This document shows positions 18,247 through 28,421 of a stretch of 64,000 bases of DNA, one piece after another. The notes under the pieces were generated by a model, which did not search any database, was not told the DNA's origin, and saw only the letters and a list, made by a program, of their open reading frames with translations. Source of the stretch: Acutalibacteraceae bacterium. GTDB taxonomy: Bacteria > Bacillota > Clostridia > Oscillospirales > Acutalibacteraceae. Location of the stretch: contig JAZRLZ010000019.1 of assembly GCA_045647125.1 (NCBI GenBank), positions 593 through 64,592 of the forward strand. Direction: 5' to 3'. Each line of letters opens with the position of its first letter. The first letter of the stretch is position 1. The position numbers and the translations under genes are program-made.

Positions 18247-18563
18247 CAAGGGTAACCTACAGAAGCTACTATGACAGATTTCTTGTTATTGTTGAAGGTC
18301 ACAGCGGATATGCAAGGTGTGGTGAGGATGTTGTGTGTGCAGGTATTTCTACACTTGTTTACACCCTGGTTAACACTATGCTTGATGAAGAGGCCTCGGG
18401 CAACATAAGACTCAAGCGTAATATAATCCGAGATGGCTATGTTTGCCTTGAGATAGAGCTTTTTGAATTTTCAGGTAACCGTATAAAAGGGATAATTGAT
18501 GCTTTTATGAATGGCATTATGATGCTTCAGGAATCGTACCCTAAAAATATTTTTGTTGAATAA
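18243..18563 (+). CDS. Prp-like cysteine protease (ribosomal-processing protease / DUF464 family)
   Basis: 106 aa. His/Cys dyad context VEGHSGYARCGEDVVCAGIS, matching the GH...D(I/V)VCA signature of Prp. Confidence 0.75.
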   Translation: MTRVTYRSYYDRFLVIVEGHSGYARCGEDVVCAGISTLVYTLVNTMLDEEASGNIRLKRNIIRDGYVCLEIELFEFSGNRIKGIIDAFMNGIMMLQESYPKNIFVE

Positions 18564-18644
18564 TGATATATAAACTGCAGTTTTTTATATATGACACTTC
18601 GGAAAGACGATGAAAAAACTTACATAACTTTGAAAGGAAAATGT

Positions 18645-19412
18645 ATGGAAAAATTAGAATGGCTTACTCCCGATATACAGCTTTTTGGCGGTGAGGGTCA
18701 GGGTGCTGAAATCGGGGAAACGGGCGGAAATATAGCCGACGCCGGGCAGAAGTCAGAGCCTGAGATGAACGATGACGAGGAATTTGAAAGCCTTATAAAC
18801 GGCAGATTCAAGGATAAGTTTACTAAAAAAACTCAGGCAATAATTGACAAACGCTTCAAAACAACAAAGGAGCTTGAGGAATACAAGGCCAAAACCTCGC
18901 CCATTATTGAGGGACTTATGGAAAAATATAATATCCCTGCAGGTGAGGAGGCAAGGCTGCTTGAAGCTGATTTCGATACAATGCATACAGAAGATGTATC
19001 GGAAGCAGAGCCACCACGTGAGGAGGCTGTCAGTCAGCTTATAAAATCCCGTGTTGCACAATGGATAAAGCAGGGTGAGGAGCTGAAATCAAAGCTTCCC
19101 TACTTCGATTTGCGACAAGAGATGAAGGAGCATAAAGAATTCTCAAAGCTTCTTCTTGGCGGTGTTGATGTTAAAACCGCATACGAAACCGTTCATCGCG
19201 ACCGTATTATGTCAGATGCTATGGCATATACCGCATCAAAGGTGCGTAAGCAGGTTGTAGATAACATTCAGGCAAAGGGTATGCGACCCGTAGAAAACGG
19301 AACATCATCCCAAGGTGCCGTAATGACCGCAGTGGATGTCAATTCCCTGACCTCACAGGATATATTAAAAATATTAAAACAGGTTGAGAATGGCGCAAAC
19401 GTTAAGTTTTAG
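18645..19412 (+). CDS. Scaffolding protein
   Basis: ATG 18645 follows GAAAGGAAA. Acidic and helical, with EEFESLINGRFKDKF resembling DUF4355-type scaffolds. Located between Prp and the capsid gene. Confidence 0.7.
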   Translation: MEKLEWLTPDIQLFGGEGQGAEIGETGGNIADAGQKSEPEMNDDEEFESLINGRFKDKFTKKTQAIIDKRFKTTKELEEYKAKTSPIIEGLMEKYNIPAGEEARLLEADFDTMHTEDVSEAEPPREEAVSQLIKSRVAQWIKQGEELKSKLPYFDLRQEMKEHKEFSKLLLGGVDVKTAYETVHRDRIMSDAMAYTASKVRKQVVDNIQAKGMRPVENGTSSQGAVMTAVDVNSLTSQDILKILKQVENGANVKF

Positions 19413-19432
19413 CCATCGGAAAGGAATTATTT

Positions 19433-20443
19433 ATGACAGACTACATTTTTAACATTCAGAATTTTGCGGCAGGTGAGGAGGTTAATAAAACCACAACAAC
19501 ATCACTTTCTGCAGAGATGAAAACATTTTATGATAAAACACTTATTACACTTGCATCACCTTATCTTGTTCATGACCAGTTTGGTCAGAAGCGTGACATT
19601 CCTAAAAATGGTGGTAAAATCATCGAGTTTCGTAAGTTTTCTTCACTTCCTAAGGCTCTTACACCTCTTACAGAGGGTGTTACACCTACAGGTAAGAAGC
19701 TTGATGTTTCTGCAGTAAGTGCAACTGTTGAGCAGTATGGTGACTACATTGAACAGTCCGATTTGCTTGAACTTACTGCGGTAGATAACACTATCGTTGA
19801 AGCCACAAAACAGCTTGCGGCTCAGGCGGGTCTTACTATGGATACTGTTGTACGTAACGAGATTGTTGGTGGTACAAACGTTATTTATTGTCCGAAGGTA
19901 AACGGTGAAACAGAAACTGTTGTAACATCACGTGGTGCAATTGACAGCACATCACTTTTACGTGTTAAGGATGTTTTCAGAGCAGCGGCAGAGCTTAAGG
20001 CTATGAATGCTCCTAAAATTGATGGTTATTACGTTGGTATTATCCACCCTTACGTTGCTTATGACCTTATGCAGGAGGCAGGTAATCAGTGGATGGAGGT
20101 GCAGAAATACACTACACCCGAAAATATGCTTAATGGTGAAATCGGCTGCCTCGGTGGTGTGCGTTTTGTTGAAAGCACAGAGGCTAAAATCTGGAATGGC
20201 GGTGCAAATGGATGTGCAGTATTTGCAACACTTATCCTCGGTGCCGACGCATATGGTGTAACCGGTGTTAATGGTGGCGGTGTTGAACACATAGTTAAGC
20301 AGAAGGGTTACGGGAATGATCCCCTTAACCAGCGTTCTTCAATCGGTTGGAAGGGTCTTAAGACTGCAAAAAGACTTGTTGAGGAATATATGGTAAGAAT
20401 TGAAAGCGGTTCAACATTCAGTTCAACTGCAAAAGAAAACTGA
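19433..20443 (+). CDS. Major capsid protein (HK97 fold, N4-gp56-like family)
   Basis: 336 aa. The pattern GGKIIEFRKF...PLTEGVTPTG...QYGDYIEQSD recalls the N4-gp56 MCP family. Confidence 0.8.
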   Translation: MTDYIFNIQNFAAGEEVNKTTTTSLSAEMKTFYDKTLITLASPYLVHDQFGQKRDIPKNGGKIIEFRKFSSLPKALTPLTEGVTPTGKKLDVSAVSATVEQYGDYIEQSDLLELTAVDNTIVEATKQLAAQAGLTMDTVVRNEIVGGTNVIYCPKVNGETETVVTSRGAIDSTSLLRVKDVFRAAAELKAMNAPKIDGYYVGIIHPYVAYDLMQEAGNQWMEVQKYTTPENMLNGEIGCLGGVRFVESTEAKIWNGGANGCAVFATLILGADAYGVTGVNGGGVEHIVKQKGYGNDPLNQRSSIGWKGLKTAKRLVEEYMVRIESGSTFSSTAKEN

Positions 20444-20569
20444 TTATCAGTTGATTTAATCGGAAACTAAAGGGTTGCTGTGTTGCCTTGTAAGGTTTTT
20501 AGCGAATCCCATTTCGGCTTTATTAAGGCAACACAATTTCCCGGATTTTTAACTTATAGGAGGCTTATT

Positions 20570-20809
20570 ATGTCTGAAAATAGTACTAAAGCAACAAAAA
20601 ATACAAAACAGGAAAAGCTTGTAAGCGTGTTTATTCCAAAGCAGTCTCGTAACGATACCCAGCGTTTTGTTGCGGTGAATGGCGAGCGTATCCTTGTGCA
20701 GACGGGCAAAACAGTTGAAGTGCCCGAAAGATTTGCCGAGGTCATCAGAAATTCTGAAAAAATGGCGGCGGTTTCTGCCGAATATATTGATAAAAACATT
20801 TCCCTTTAA
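20570..20809 (+). CDS. Small virion-module hypothetical protein
   Basis: ATG 20570 lies 7 nt after AGGAGG; 79 aa. Confidence 0.5.
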   Translation: MSENSTKATKNTKQEKLVSVFIPKQSRNDTQRFVAVNGERILVQTGKTVEVPERFAEVIRNSEKMAAVSAEYIDKNISL

Positions 20810-20828
20810 TTAAAAAAGGAGGGTTAAA

Positions 20829-21206
20829 ATGACTATTGCTCAAGCAATACAGAGCTTTGATGCCGACAGGGGTAATAACCTGCCCTTTGAAAACAAAATC
20901 AGGTGGTTATCAGAGCTTGATTACAAAATATCTGCGGATCTTCTTGAGGTGCGGAATGGTGAAAATTTCGGAGGATACACCCTCGAAACACCCCACGATA
21001 CAAAGCTTCTTGCAGATGAACGTTTTTGTGAAATTTATAGTTATTGGCTTAATATGAAGCTGGATTATCTTAACGGTGAAATCGTGAGGTTAAATAACAG
21101 TACCCTTATTTTTAACCGACTGTATAAAGAGATGTCCGATTATATTAATCGCAGTACACCCATACCACAGAAAAATAAAATAAAGGCAGGGGATATTATT
21201 GTATAA
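20829..21206 (+). CDS. Hypothetical head-completion/adaptor-position protein
   Basis: 125 aa with RBS AAGGAGG upstream; called on position only. Confidence 0.5.
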   Translation: MTIAQAIQSFDADRGNNLPFENKIRWLSELDYKISADLLEVRNGENFGGYTLETPHDTKLLADERFCEIYSYWLNMKLDYLNGEIVRLNNSTLIFNRLYKEMSDYINRSTPIPQKNKIKAGDIIV

Positions 21207-22953
21207 GCCATTTCTTGATAACATTGAGAAAAATGCAGAGCTCATAACCGCATTCGGTGGCTACAATCATAATTTTGTTATTGAAGATAACGAGTTTTTT
21301 GATGAGAAAAATATGTCGTCTGATAACTATCCTGCCTTGTCACCACGTAACAAACGTGCATTTTTTAAAAATGTTACGGGTGACGTAAGCGGTATTTACT
21401 CTAAAACAAAGCTTTGCTACATCAAGGACGGCTACCTTTATTACGGAGGTGAAAAGGTAACGTCATATTACTTCGGCACTTCGGCAGAGGAACGTAGCTT
21501 CGTTTCTATGGGCGCAAGACTTATTGTTTTCCCTGACAACGTGTATATAAACACCAATGATTTTAATGATTACGGTACGTTAGATGCAAAATATGTTTGT
21601 CAGAATGCAGATGTTTATATGTGTCGGGGTGATGGTGATACGCTTGATGATTACGCGGTGGGCCGTACTCCGCCCGAGTCACCTTCTAACGGGGATCTAT
21701 GGCTTGATACATCGGAAGAATCACACGTTCTTAAGGAATATATTGAGGCTACGGGAATGTGGTCAGGTGTGAGCAGTGTGTATGTTTCGGTTTCAAATCC
21801 GGGTATAGGTAAAAATTTTAAAAAGGGTGACGGAGTAAGACTTTCCGGTTTTCAGGAGGTTGGTCTTGACGGTACTCACATAATTAAAAAATGCGGTGAT
21901 GACTACATAACAATTGTGGGAACGGTTAATTGTGCGGTGCTTCTTGAGGGTGATTTAAGCATTACACGGGAAATTCCCGAAATGGATTTTGTGTGTGAAA
22001 ACAATAACCGACTCTGGGGTTGTTCCTCGAAAAATAACGAAATCTACGCTTCAAAGTTAGGTGACCCGACCAATTTTAATGTGTTTGATGGTCTTTCTAC
22101 GGATAGCTATGCGGTTTCCGTTGGGACAGATGGTGAATTTACTGCAGCGGTAAGCTTTCGAGGATACATATTATTTTTCAAGGAAAACTGCCTTCATAAA
22201 ATATACGGCAGTAATCCTCCGTATACGGTTACAACCTCGTATTTACGCGGTGTGCAGAAGGGTAGTCACCATTCCGTAAAATGCCTTAATGAAACACTTT
22301 ATTATAAATCACCTACCGGCGTTTGTGCCTACGAGGGCGGTGTGCCTGTTTCAATTTCCGCACCATTCGGTAAGGAACATTATACAAATGCGGTAGGCGG
22401 TACTTACAAGAATAAATACTATATTTGTATGACGGACAGAAAAAACAAGCGTAACCTTTTTTGTTTTGATGAGGAAAAGGGCTTGTGGCATAAGGAGGAC
22501 GAAGTCGATATACGCTCCTTTGCGAACAATAACTGCAATCTTTATTTCCTCGAATATAAGGATAACGCTTATAGACTTGGCGTTGTTGACGGTGAAAATA
22601 TGTATGGCAATTTCGCAGGTGAGCTTGAAAATTTCCGACTTGAAGAAAATGTGGAGTGGTTTGTGAAAACGGGGTTATGGGGCTTGCGTAACCCATTTGC
22701 TAAATACTATACCGGTCTTACTATCCGTGCAAGAGGTGAGGCGGGAAGCGTATTCTGTTCCGCTTGTGATGTGGATAGCAGTGAAATCCTTACCAATCTC
22801 TGCGAAAGAAGGATTTATGATACAGGCTCCTTTAATGTGCCTATAATCACTCCCAGGGCTGATCACGTATGCTTTTACTTCAAAGGAACGGGCAAAATAG
22901 ATATCTTGTCCGTTATGCGAAAAATCTGTAACGGTAGTGATGACTATGTATGA
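21199..22953 (+). CDS. Large structural protein (tail hub/adaptor candidate)
   Basis: 584 aa. TTG start overlapping the upstream stop codon. Called on position in the structural module. Confidence 0.55.
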   Translation: MYKPFLDNIEKNAELITAFGGYNHNFVIEDNEFFDEKNMSSDNYPALSPRNKRAFFKNVTGDVSGIYSKTKLCYIKDGYLYYGGEKVTSYYFGTSAEERSFVSMGARLIVFPDNVYINTNDFNDYGTLDAKYVCQNADVYMCRGDGDTLDDYAVGRTPPESPSNGDLWLDTSEESHVLKEYIEATGMWSGVSSVYVSVSNPGIGKNFKKGDGVRLSGFQEVGLDGTHIIKKCGDDYITIVGTVNCAVLLEGDLSITREIPEMDFVCENNNRLWGCSSKNNEIYASKLGDPTNFNVFDGLSTDSYAVSVGTDGEFTAAVSFRGYILFFKENCLHKIYGSNPPYTVTTSYLRGVQKGSHHSVKCLNETLYYKSPTGVCAYEGGVPVSISAPFGKEHYTNAVGGTYKNKYYICMTDRKNKRNLFCFDEEKGLWHKEDEVDIRSFANNNCNLYFLEYKDNAYRLGVVDGENMYGNFAGELENFRLEENVEWFVKTGLWGLRNPFAKYYTGLTIRARGEAGSVFCSACDVDSSEILTNLCERRIYDTGSFNVPIITPRADHVCFYFKGTGKIDILSVMRKICNGSDDYV

Positions 22954-23971
22954 TCTGAATCTTATTGTGCCTGATATTACATCGTCGAAATATTCCGACG
23001 ATAACAAATTCAGGCTTCTTAAAAATTATCTTTACCAGCTTAATGAAACACTTTCCTTTGCTCTTAGTGATAAAACCGCAACAATGGTTAACGGTGTGCA
23101 GGGTGAAAGCATCAGTAATTCATCACAGCACGATGAGAATGTTAAGCTCCTTAGTGCTCAAAGTATGAAAAAATTCAACGAACTTAAGGAAAAAATAATC
23201 ACCACCGCAGAGGATATTCAGCGTGATTACTCTTCCAAAATTACTGAAACCGAAGAGGGAATTCTGCATACAGTAAGCGGAAGCTACGTTCTTAACAGTG
23301 AGTTTGGGGAGTATAAAAATCAGGTTGATACAAGCCTTGATCAGAATGCGGACAGTATCAACCTTGTTGCAGAAAATGTAGAAAAGGTCACCGCTGATGT
23401 GGAATCGGTACAAGGTGATGTGGAATCGGTGCAGGGTAATATGAAAAGCCTTGATGATGATCTGCAGGAATTCAAGGAACAACAGAAAAGTGAGTTCATT
23501 GTTCAAGCGGATAATATAATGAGCAAGGTGGAAAACACCTTTACATTAAAGGAAGAGACCGCGGAGCTTGAAAGTCGGATGGGATCACAGATTGTGCAGT
23601 CTGCAACGGATATTACGGAAAACTATACAAGCATCATTGCCCGTACACAGGAGGATTTGTCTACCGTGGGCGGTAGTTTTGCTGAGTTTGTGTCGGAGCT
23701 TGATGTGTATATACGCCGTGGTGAGCTTGAAAGCGGTGTTTACGGTATCGAAATCGGGCGCAGTGACAGTAACATCAAGGCTCGGTTTACCAATGACCGA
23801 TTATCTTTTTATCAGGGCATTGCCGAGGTTGCCTATATATCGGGCAGTAGCCTTTATATAAATAATGCACAGATACTTGATTACCTTAAGTTAGGAAACG
23901 ATTCCCAGGGTTATTTTGTATTTGACACAACAAAAAACGGATTGGAGGTGCGTTGGATAGATGTCGGCTGA
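22937..23971 (+). CDS. Coiled-coil structural protein (fibre/needle candidate)
   Basis: 344 aa with heptad-rich sequence, including the tandem ADVESVQG DVESVQG repeat. Confidence 0.5.
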   Translation: MMTMYDLNLIVPDITSSKYSDDNKFRLLKNYLYQLNETLSFALSDKTATMVNGVQGESISNSSQHDENVKLLSAQSMKKFNELKEKIITTAEDIQRDYSSKITETEEGILHTVSGSYVLNSEFGEYKNQVDTSLDQNADSINLVAENVEKVTADVESVQGDVESVQGNMKSLDDDLQEFKEQQKSEFIVQADNIMSKVENTFTLKEETAELESRMGSQIVQSATDITENYTSIIARTQEDLSTVGGSFAEFVSELDVYIRRGELESGVYGIEIGRSDSNIKARFTNDRLSFYQGIAEVAYISGSSLYINNAQILDYLKLGNDSQGYFVFDTTKNGLEVRWIDVG

Positions 23972-25355
23972 TATAAATCCCTCAACCCTTAACCTGAGTA
24001 ATGCTACAGTAAACCCGGGGGATAGTGTTGTTGTATCAATAAATATGGAATCATCAGAGCTAAACCACAAAATAGTGTTTTCTTTGGGCTCGAAAACCCA
24101 TTCTGCTAATCTTGCGACAGGTGTGAGCACTTATACCTTTGAGATACCGAAGACATGGGCAAATCAGCTTTCGGGTGCGGTGAGCGGTACTGTTAACGTT
24201 AAGCTTACAACCTGTAAGGGTACGGAAACGATAGGTACATCTACCGCAACGTTTAAGCTTGTAATACCGGAAACAAACGAGTATTGTCCCACCTTTGACC
24301 TTGTTATTACCCGTAATGATAACGGAGTGCCGTCCTCATGGAATGAATACGTAAAGGGTATTTCCACAGTTACGGTTACACCTGAAAATATCGAGTACAA
24401 AAACGGAGCATCCGTAGGCTCTGTGATGATTAAGGTGGGTAAGATAACAAAAACGGAGATACCTGCAACCTTTGATTTACCTAACGCAGGAAATATTACC
24501 GTAAAGGTAACCGTTAAGGATAGCCGCGGACTGAAAACCATAAAAACCCACGTTATAACCGTCAGAGATTATGCTAAACCCTCGGTAGATATCAAAAGCC
24601 TTACCCGATGTGATTCATCAGGCTCGGAGGATTCATATGGTACTTACGGAAGACTTTCCTTCGAGCATCATTACAGCACAGTGAATGCGAAAAACAACTG
24701 CTCCGTTGTGGTGCGCTACGGCAAAAGCGGAGAGTCGGAATATATGGGGATGAAGGATGCCTCAAATTCACCCCTGATGTTTGGTGTAGGTAGCCTTGAT
24801 ATAAGCTCCACCTATAAGGTGAGCATTGTTATTAAGGATAACATCTGCACCGATGGAATTGAGGTTGTAAGGTATATATCAAGTGCTAATATTCCTTTTA
24901 ATATACGTCCCGGTGGTAAGGGTGTTGCTTTTGGTAAGTTTTCTGAAAATGACGAGCTTCTTGAGGTTGCGTGGGATACCGATATTAAGGGTAACCTGAA
25001 TGTAGGAGGGCTTTTGAATTTTGAAAAGCTTACCTGCAACTGTACCGAGAAGGCGGAGGATTTTCATGGTGTTATCAGATATTATCCATGGCTTAATATG
25101 GTGTATTTGCGTATGCGACTTACGGTGGCAACAGGCCTTGCAGCAACGGATACGCATTACCTTGCACAAATAAGCACCAAGGTTCCAGCAATATTGAGTC
25201 CCGTAAGCACCTTTGTGGGTATCGACTCCGGTGGTCAGAGTAATGGTGCTGTTCTTAACAAAACGGGTTATGTGGTTTTAAGGTCGGATAAGCCTATAAC
25301 AACGGGTACGTTTATTTATATAAACGGGTGGTATCCGGCAGATACAACAGTTTAA
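23961..25355 (+). CDS. Tail/receptor-binding-type structural protein
   Basis: 464 aa, beta-rich and T/S/V-rich; called on position. Confidence 0.5.
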   Translation: MSADINPSTLNLSNATVNPGDSVVVSINMESSELNHKIVFSLGSKTHSANLATGVSTYTFEIPKTWANQLSGAVSGTVNVKLTTCKGTETIGTSTATFKLVIPETNEYCPTFDLVITRNDNGVPSSWNEYVKGISTVTVTPENIEYKNGASVGSVMIKVGKITKTEIPATFDLPNAGNITVKVTVKDSRGLKTIKTHVITVRDYAKPSVDIKSLTRCDSSGSEDSYGTYGRLSFEHHYSTVNAKNNCSVVVRYGKSGESEYMGMKDASNSPLMFGVGSLDISSTYKVSIVIKDNICTDGIEVVRYISSANIPFNIRPGGKGVAFGKFSENDELLEVAWDTDIKGNLNVGGLLNFEKLTCNCTEKAEDFHGVIRYYPWLNMVYLRMRLTVATGLAATDTHYLAQISTKVPAILSPVSTFVGIDSGGQSNGAVLNKTGYVVLRSDKPITTGTFIYINGWYPADTTV

Positions 25356-25381
25356 AGTGCAAGTAGAAAGGATTTGATAAA

Positions 25382-26620
25382 TTGGCATATACAACTATTT
25401 CTTACGGCTCATCGGGAAATGATGTAAGAAAACTGCAGGAAGCCCTTAATAAAAAAGGGTATGGCCTGACGGTAGATGGTGAATTCGGTGAGAAAACGAG
25501 GAATGCCGTCAGGGATTATCAGCGTAAAAATAACCTTACTGTTGATGGCATTGTAGGTGAAAATACGTGGAGCTCCCTTATAAAAAAACAAAGTAAAAAT
25601 ACAAGTAAAAATAATAATTCCAATAAAAGCAGAAAAAATACGGAAACCGCTATGACCTCACCACGTCCTACATATCAAAAGGGCGAGGATGTTATAAATG
25701 CGGAAAATCAGTTGAACAGATGGGAGAAGAATGCTCCCAATGAGTATCAGAGTCAGTATGATGAGCGTATTGAGGCTTATCTTGATCAGATTCTTAATCG
25801 TGAGCAATTCAGTTATGATCTTGAAAGTGACCCTGTTTACAGACAGTATCGTCAGTTATATATCCGCAATGGTGAAAGAGCAATGGCAGACACCATAGGT
25901 GAGGCCTCTGCTTATACAGGCGGATACGGAAGCTCCTATGCACAGACTGCAGGTCAGCAGGCCTATGATAACTACCTTGAAGGACTCAATGACGTTGCAT
26001 TAGAGCTTTATGATATGGCGTATAAGGCGTATATGGATGAGGGACAGAAGCTTGTTGAAGACCTTGAGATTTTGCGTGAGCTTGATGGTGATGACTACGA
26101 GCGTTATCTTGATGAGCTTGATAAATATTATGCAGATGGCGAGTATCTTCTTAAAAAGCTTTCTGAAATGAGTGATAAAGATTATGAACAGTTTTTACAG
26201 GCTGTGAGTGAATGGGAGAGCGATCGTGATTATCAGTATCAGAAGCAACAGGATGCTTTGGAGCATCAGGAATTCCTTGATGAGCTTGAATTCAAACGGC
26301 AGGAGGCTCTTCGTCAGCAGGCAAATGAGGACAGAGAGTATCAGCTGGCACGTGAAAAGCTTAATCAATCGAAATCTAAGTCAAGCTCAAAATCTTCATC
26401 ATCAAGAAGCAGTAAATCAACCTCAAAGGATAAGGACGAAAGCGAAAAGAAAACAAATGAATACACTGTGTACCCTAAAACCTATGGCCAGTTTGTAGCC
26501 CTTACGGGATATGCGGGAATTATGTCGGAGGCGATGTTCAAGAGTAGCTCTCCCATGAAAGAAAAGTACGGCACCTATCAGAAATATCTGGAGGTAATGT
26601 ACGATAAATATGCAAAATAG
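25382..26620 (+). CDS. Virion-module protein with an N-terminal PG_binding_1 domain and a long acidic/low-complexity region
   Basis: GSSGNDVRKLQEALNKKGYGLTVDGEFGEKTRNAVRDYQRKNNLTVDGIVG. Serine/lysine run SKSKSSSKSSSSRSSKSTSK. Confidence 0.6.
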   Translation: MAYTTISYGSSGNDVRKLQEALNKKGYGLTVDGEFGEKTRNAVRDYQRKNNLTVDGIVGENTWSSLIKKQSKNTSKNNNSNKSRKNTETAMTSPRPTYQKGEDVINAENQLNRWEKNAPNEYQSQYDERIEAYLDQILNREQFSYDLESDPVYRQYRQLYIRNGERAMADTIGEASAYTGGYGSSYAQTAGQQAYDNYLEGLNDVALELYDMAYKAYMDEGQKLVEDLEILRELDGDDYERYLDELDKYYADGEYLLKKLSEMSDKDYEQFLQAVSEWESDRDYQYQKQQDALEHQEFLDELEFKRQEALRQQANEDREYQLAREKLNQSKSKSSSKSSSSRSSKSTSKDKDESEKKTNEYTVYPKTYGQFVALTGYAGIMSEAMFKSSSPMKEKYGTYQKYLEVMYDKYAK

Positions 26621-26629
26621 GAGTAAAAG

Positions 26630-28411
26630 ATGGAAGTAAAAGTTACAAAGGATAATGTGTGCATAACCAATCCTGTTGCTGTCAATAGCGGTGAATATAT
26701 GGTAAACACTTGCAAATTTATTTTGCCCCGATGCTTTGAGGGGCTTGTTGTAAGCGCTGTTTTTAATAAAACACCTGTACCGTTAACGGGGGATAGCTGT
26801 TATATTCCTGCTCTGAAAAAAGGCACCCATACCCTTGGAGTTTATGCATACAAAAAGACGGGTGATGAGGTGGAGCTTATGTATTCACCCCGTCCCGCAA
26901 CATTTTTCGTTGGTGGCGGCTCTTATGTTGACGACCCTTCCGTTGAGGAGATACCGTCTGTATCGGAGTTTGAAAAATACTGTGCGGCAGTTTCTGCACT
27001 TACATTTCCGAAATCAAGTGTTATTACGGAGTTTGATGTGGAAAAGGAATACGACAGTAGTCACGTTCTTTCGGTGGGTGCACTTCAAAGTGTACTTGAA
27101 ATGTATTCTGCGGAAATTGTTGCTCTCAGGAATTATAGCGATAAATTGAATAATGAATCAGAAAAAATAAGCAGAAGAGTTACCAACGTTGATGCTTCAT
27201 CTACCGATGATACATATCCTACCGCAAAAGCAGTGTATGATTGTACGGATTCTGTGAGAAAAAGCGTTTCGGCAGAAATTGAGCGTATTGAAATGGGCGT
27301 TTCCTCTGTGGGTGGGGATATAAAAGTGCTGACAAATAAGGACTCTGCCACAAATAAGCGTGTTGATGATGCTTTCGGGGAAATCGAAATACTCAACACC
27401 GAGGTCGAAGGTGTAAAAGGTGCGGTAACCGGTGTCAGGGAAGATGTGGAAGCTCTTAATATCAGTCTGGAAAAAACAGATAGTGACCTTATATCACTTT
27501 CGGAAGACATAAATGAATCTCATACCGGAATTGCGGAATTGCAGAATTCGATTGAGGAAACAAATAACCATATACTTCAGGTAGAAAGTCAGATGACGGG
27601 TGGTGTTTTTGGCTATGCTAATGCGCTTAAGGGGTATGTAGAGGGTGAAGGTAGCGTAGAGATTAATGATATAAGTCCGGTAAAGCACTTTTTCGATATT
27701 AAGCTTAAAAGTGATACAATAACTGATTTTTCGGGTGTTTCCCTGACAAGCGGAAGCAAGAATATTTTTAATATTTCCGAAAGAAGTCTGCGTGCCTTCG
27801 GTTATAGCGGTGTAACCAATACACGTGAGCTTGACGGAAAAAGCGTTTATCTTGCAGTTTCGGGTACAAATGCCTACAAGCACAATTCGGGTACCTTAAA
27901 ATATAATGAAAGTACAGGCACACTTCAATGTGACGTGGTTTATGCTATGTATGGCCCCGGCTTCGATATAGCGGTTGAGCCACAGACAAAATACTCTGTA
28001 AGTGTAAAGGAGTTTTCTGCAAACGGACGTATTTCTATTGCATATTATAACTCCTCGGGTGAGTTTATTTCTTATGACACACTTCGTACCAGCCAGACTA
28101 TTACAACACCTGTAAATGCTGTGTGGATGGTAGTTATCTTTACCTCATCTGTTAACAACAGTACAGTATACTTCAGTGATATTCAGGTGGAGAAGTCAGC
28201 GGAAATAACACCATACACGCCCTATGCTCCTGAAAAAACCGTTGTTTCAGCCTCGAATGGTCTGGTTGAGGGAATTATGAGCTACGGTTCCTATATTAAG
28301 CTTTGGACAAATACCCCGGAGGTTACTGTTTCGGTTGAATACAACCGCGATATAAACGTAGCTTTTAATAGCCTTAAAAGTGCTATCGAAACCTTAGGTG
28401 TGGTAGTTTAA
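26630..28411 (+). CDS. Tail fibre protein
   Basis: 593 aa. Fibre-type motif DDTYPTAKAVYD, then coiled-coil segments and a beta-rich C-terminal domain. Confidence 0.65.
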   Translation: MEVKVTKDNVCITNPVAVNSGEYMVNTCKFILPRCFEGLVVSAVFNKTPVPLTGDSCYIPALKKGTHTLGVYAYKKTGDEVELMYSPRPATFFVGGGSYVDDPSVEEIPSVSEFEKYCAAVSALTFPKSSVITEFDVEKEYDSSHVLSVGALQSVLEMYSAEIVALRNYSDKLNNESEKISRRVTNVDASSTDDTYPTAKAVYDCTDSVRKSVSAEIERIEMGVSSVGGDIKVLTNKDSATNKRVDDAFGEIEILNTEVEGVKGAVTGVREDVEALNISLEKTDSDLISLSEDINESHTGIAELQNSIEETNNHILQVESQMTGGVFGYANALKGYVEGEGSVEINDISPVKHFFDIKLKSDTITDFSGVSLTSGSKNIFNISERSLRAFGYSGVTNTRELDGKSVYLAVSGTNAYKHNSGTLKYNESTGTLQCDVVYAMYGPGFDIAVEPQTKYSVSVKEFSANGRISIAYYNSSGEFISYDTLRTSQTITTPVNAVWMVVIFTSSVNNSTVYFSDIQVEKSAEITPYTPYAPEKTVVSASNGLVEGIMSYGSYIKLWTNTPEVTVSVEYNRDINVAFNSLKSAIETLGVVV

Positions 28412-28421
28412 GGAGGTTTTT

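Noticed and set aside
23394-23435. Tandem 21-nt direct repeat (gatgtggaatcggtacaaggt / gatgtggaatcggtgcagggt)
   Set aside because: In frame within the coiled-coil structural gene (DVESVQG duplicated). It has only two copies and no spacers, so it is not a CRISPR array or a regulatory repeat.
26630-28411. Possibility of a diversity-generating retroelement targeting the tail-fibre C-terminus
   Set aside because: No reverse transcriptase ORF and no template-repeat copy of the fibre 3' end were seen anywhere in the window.
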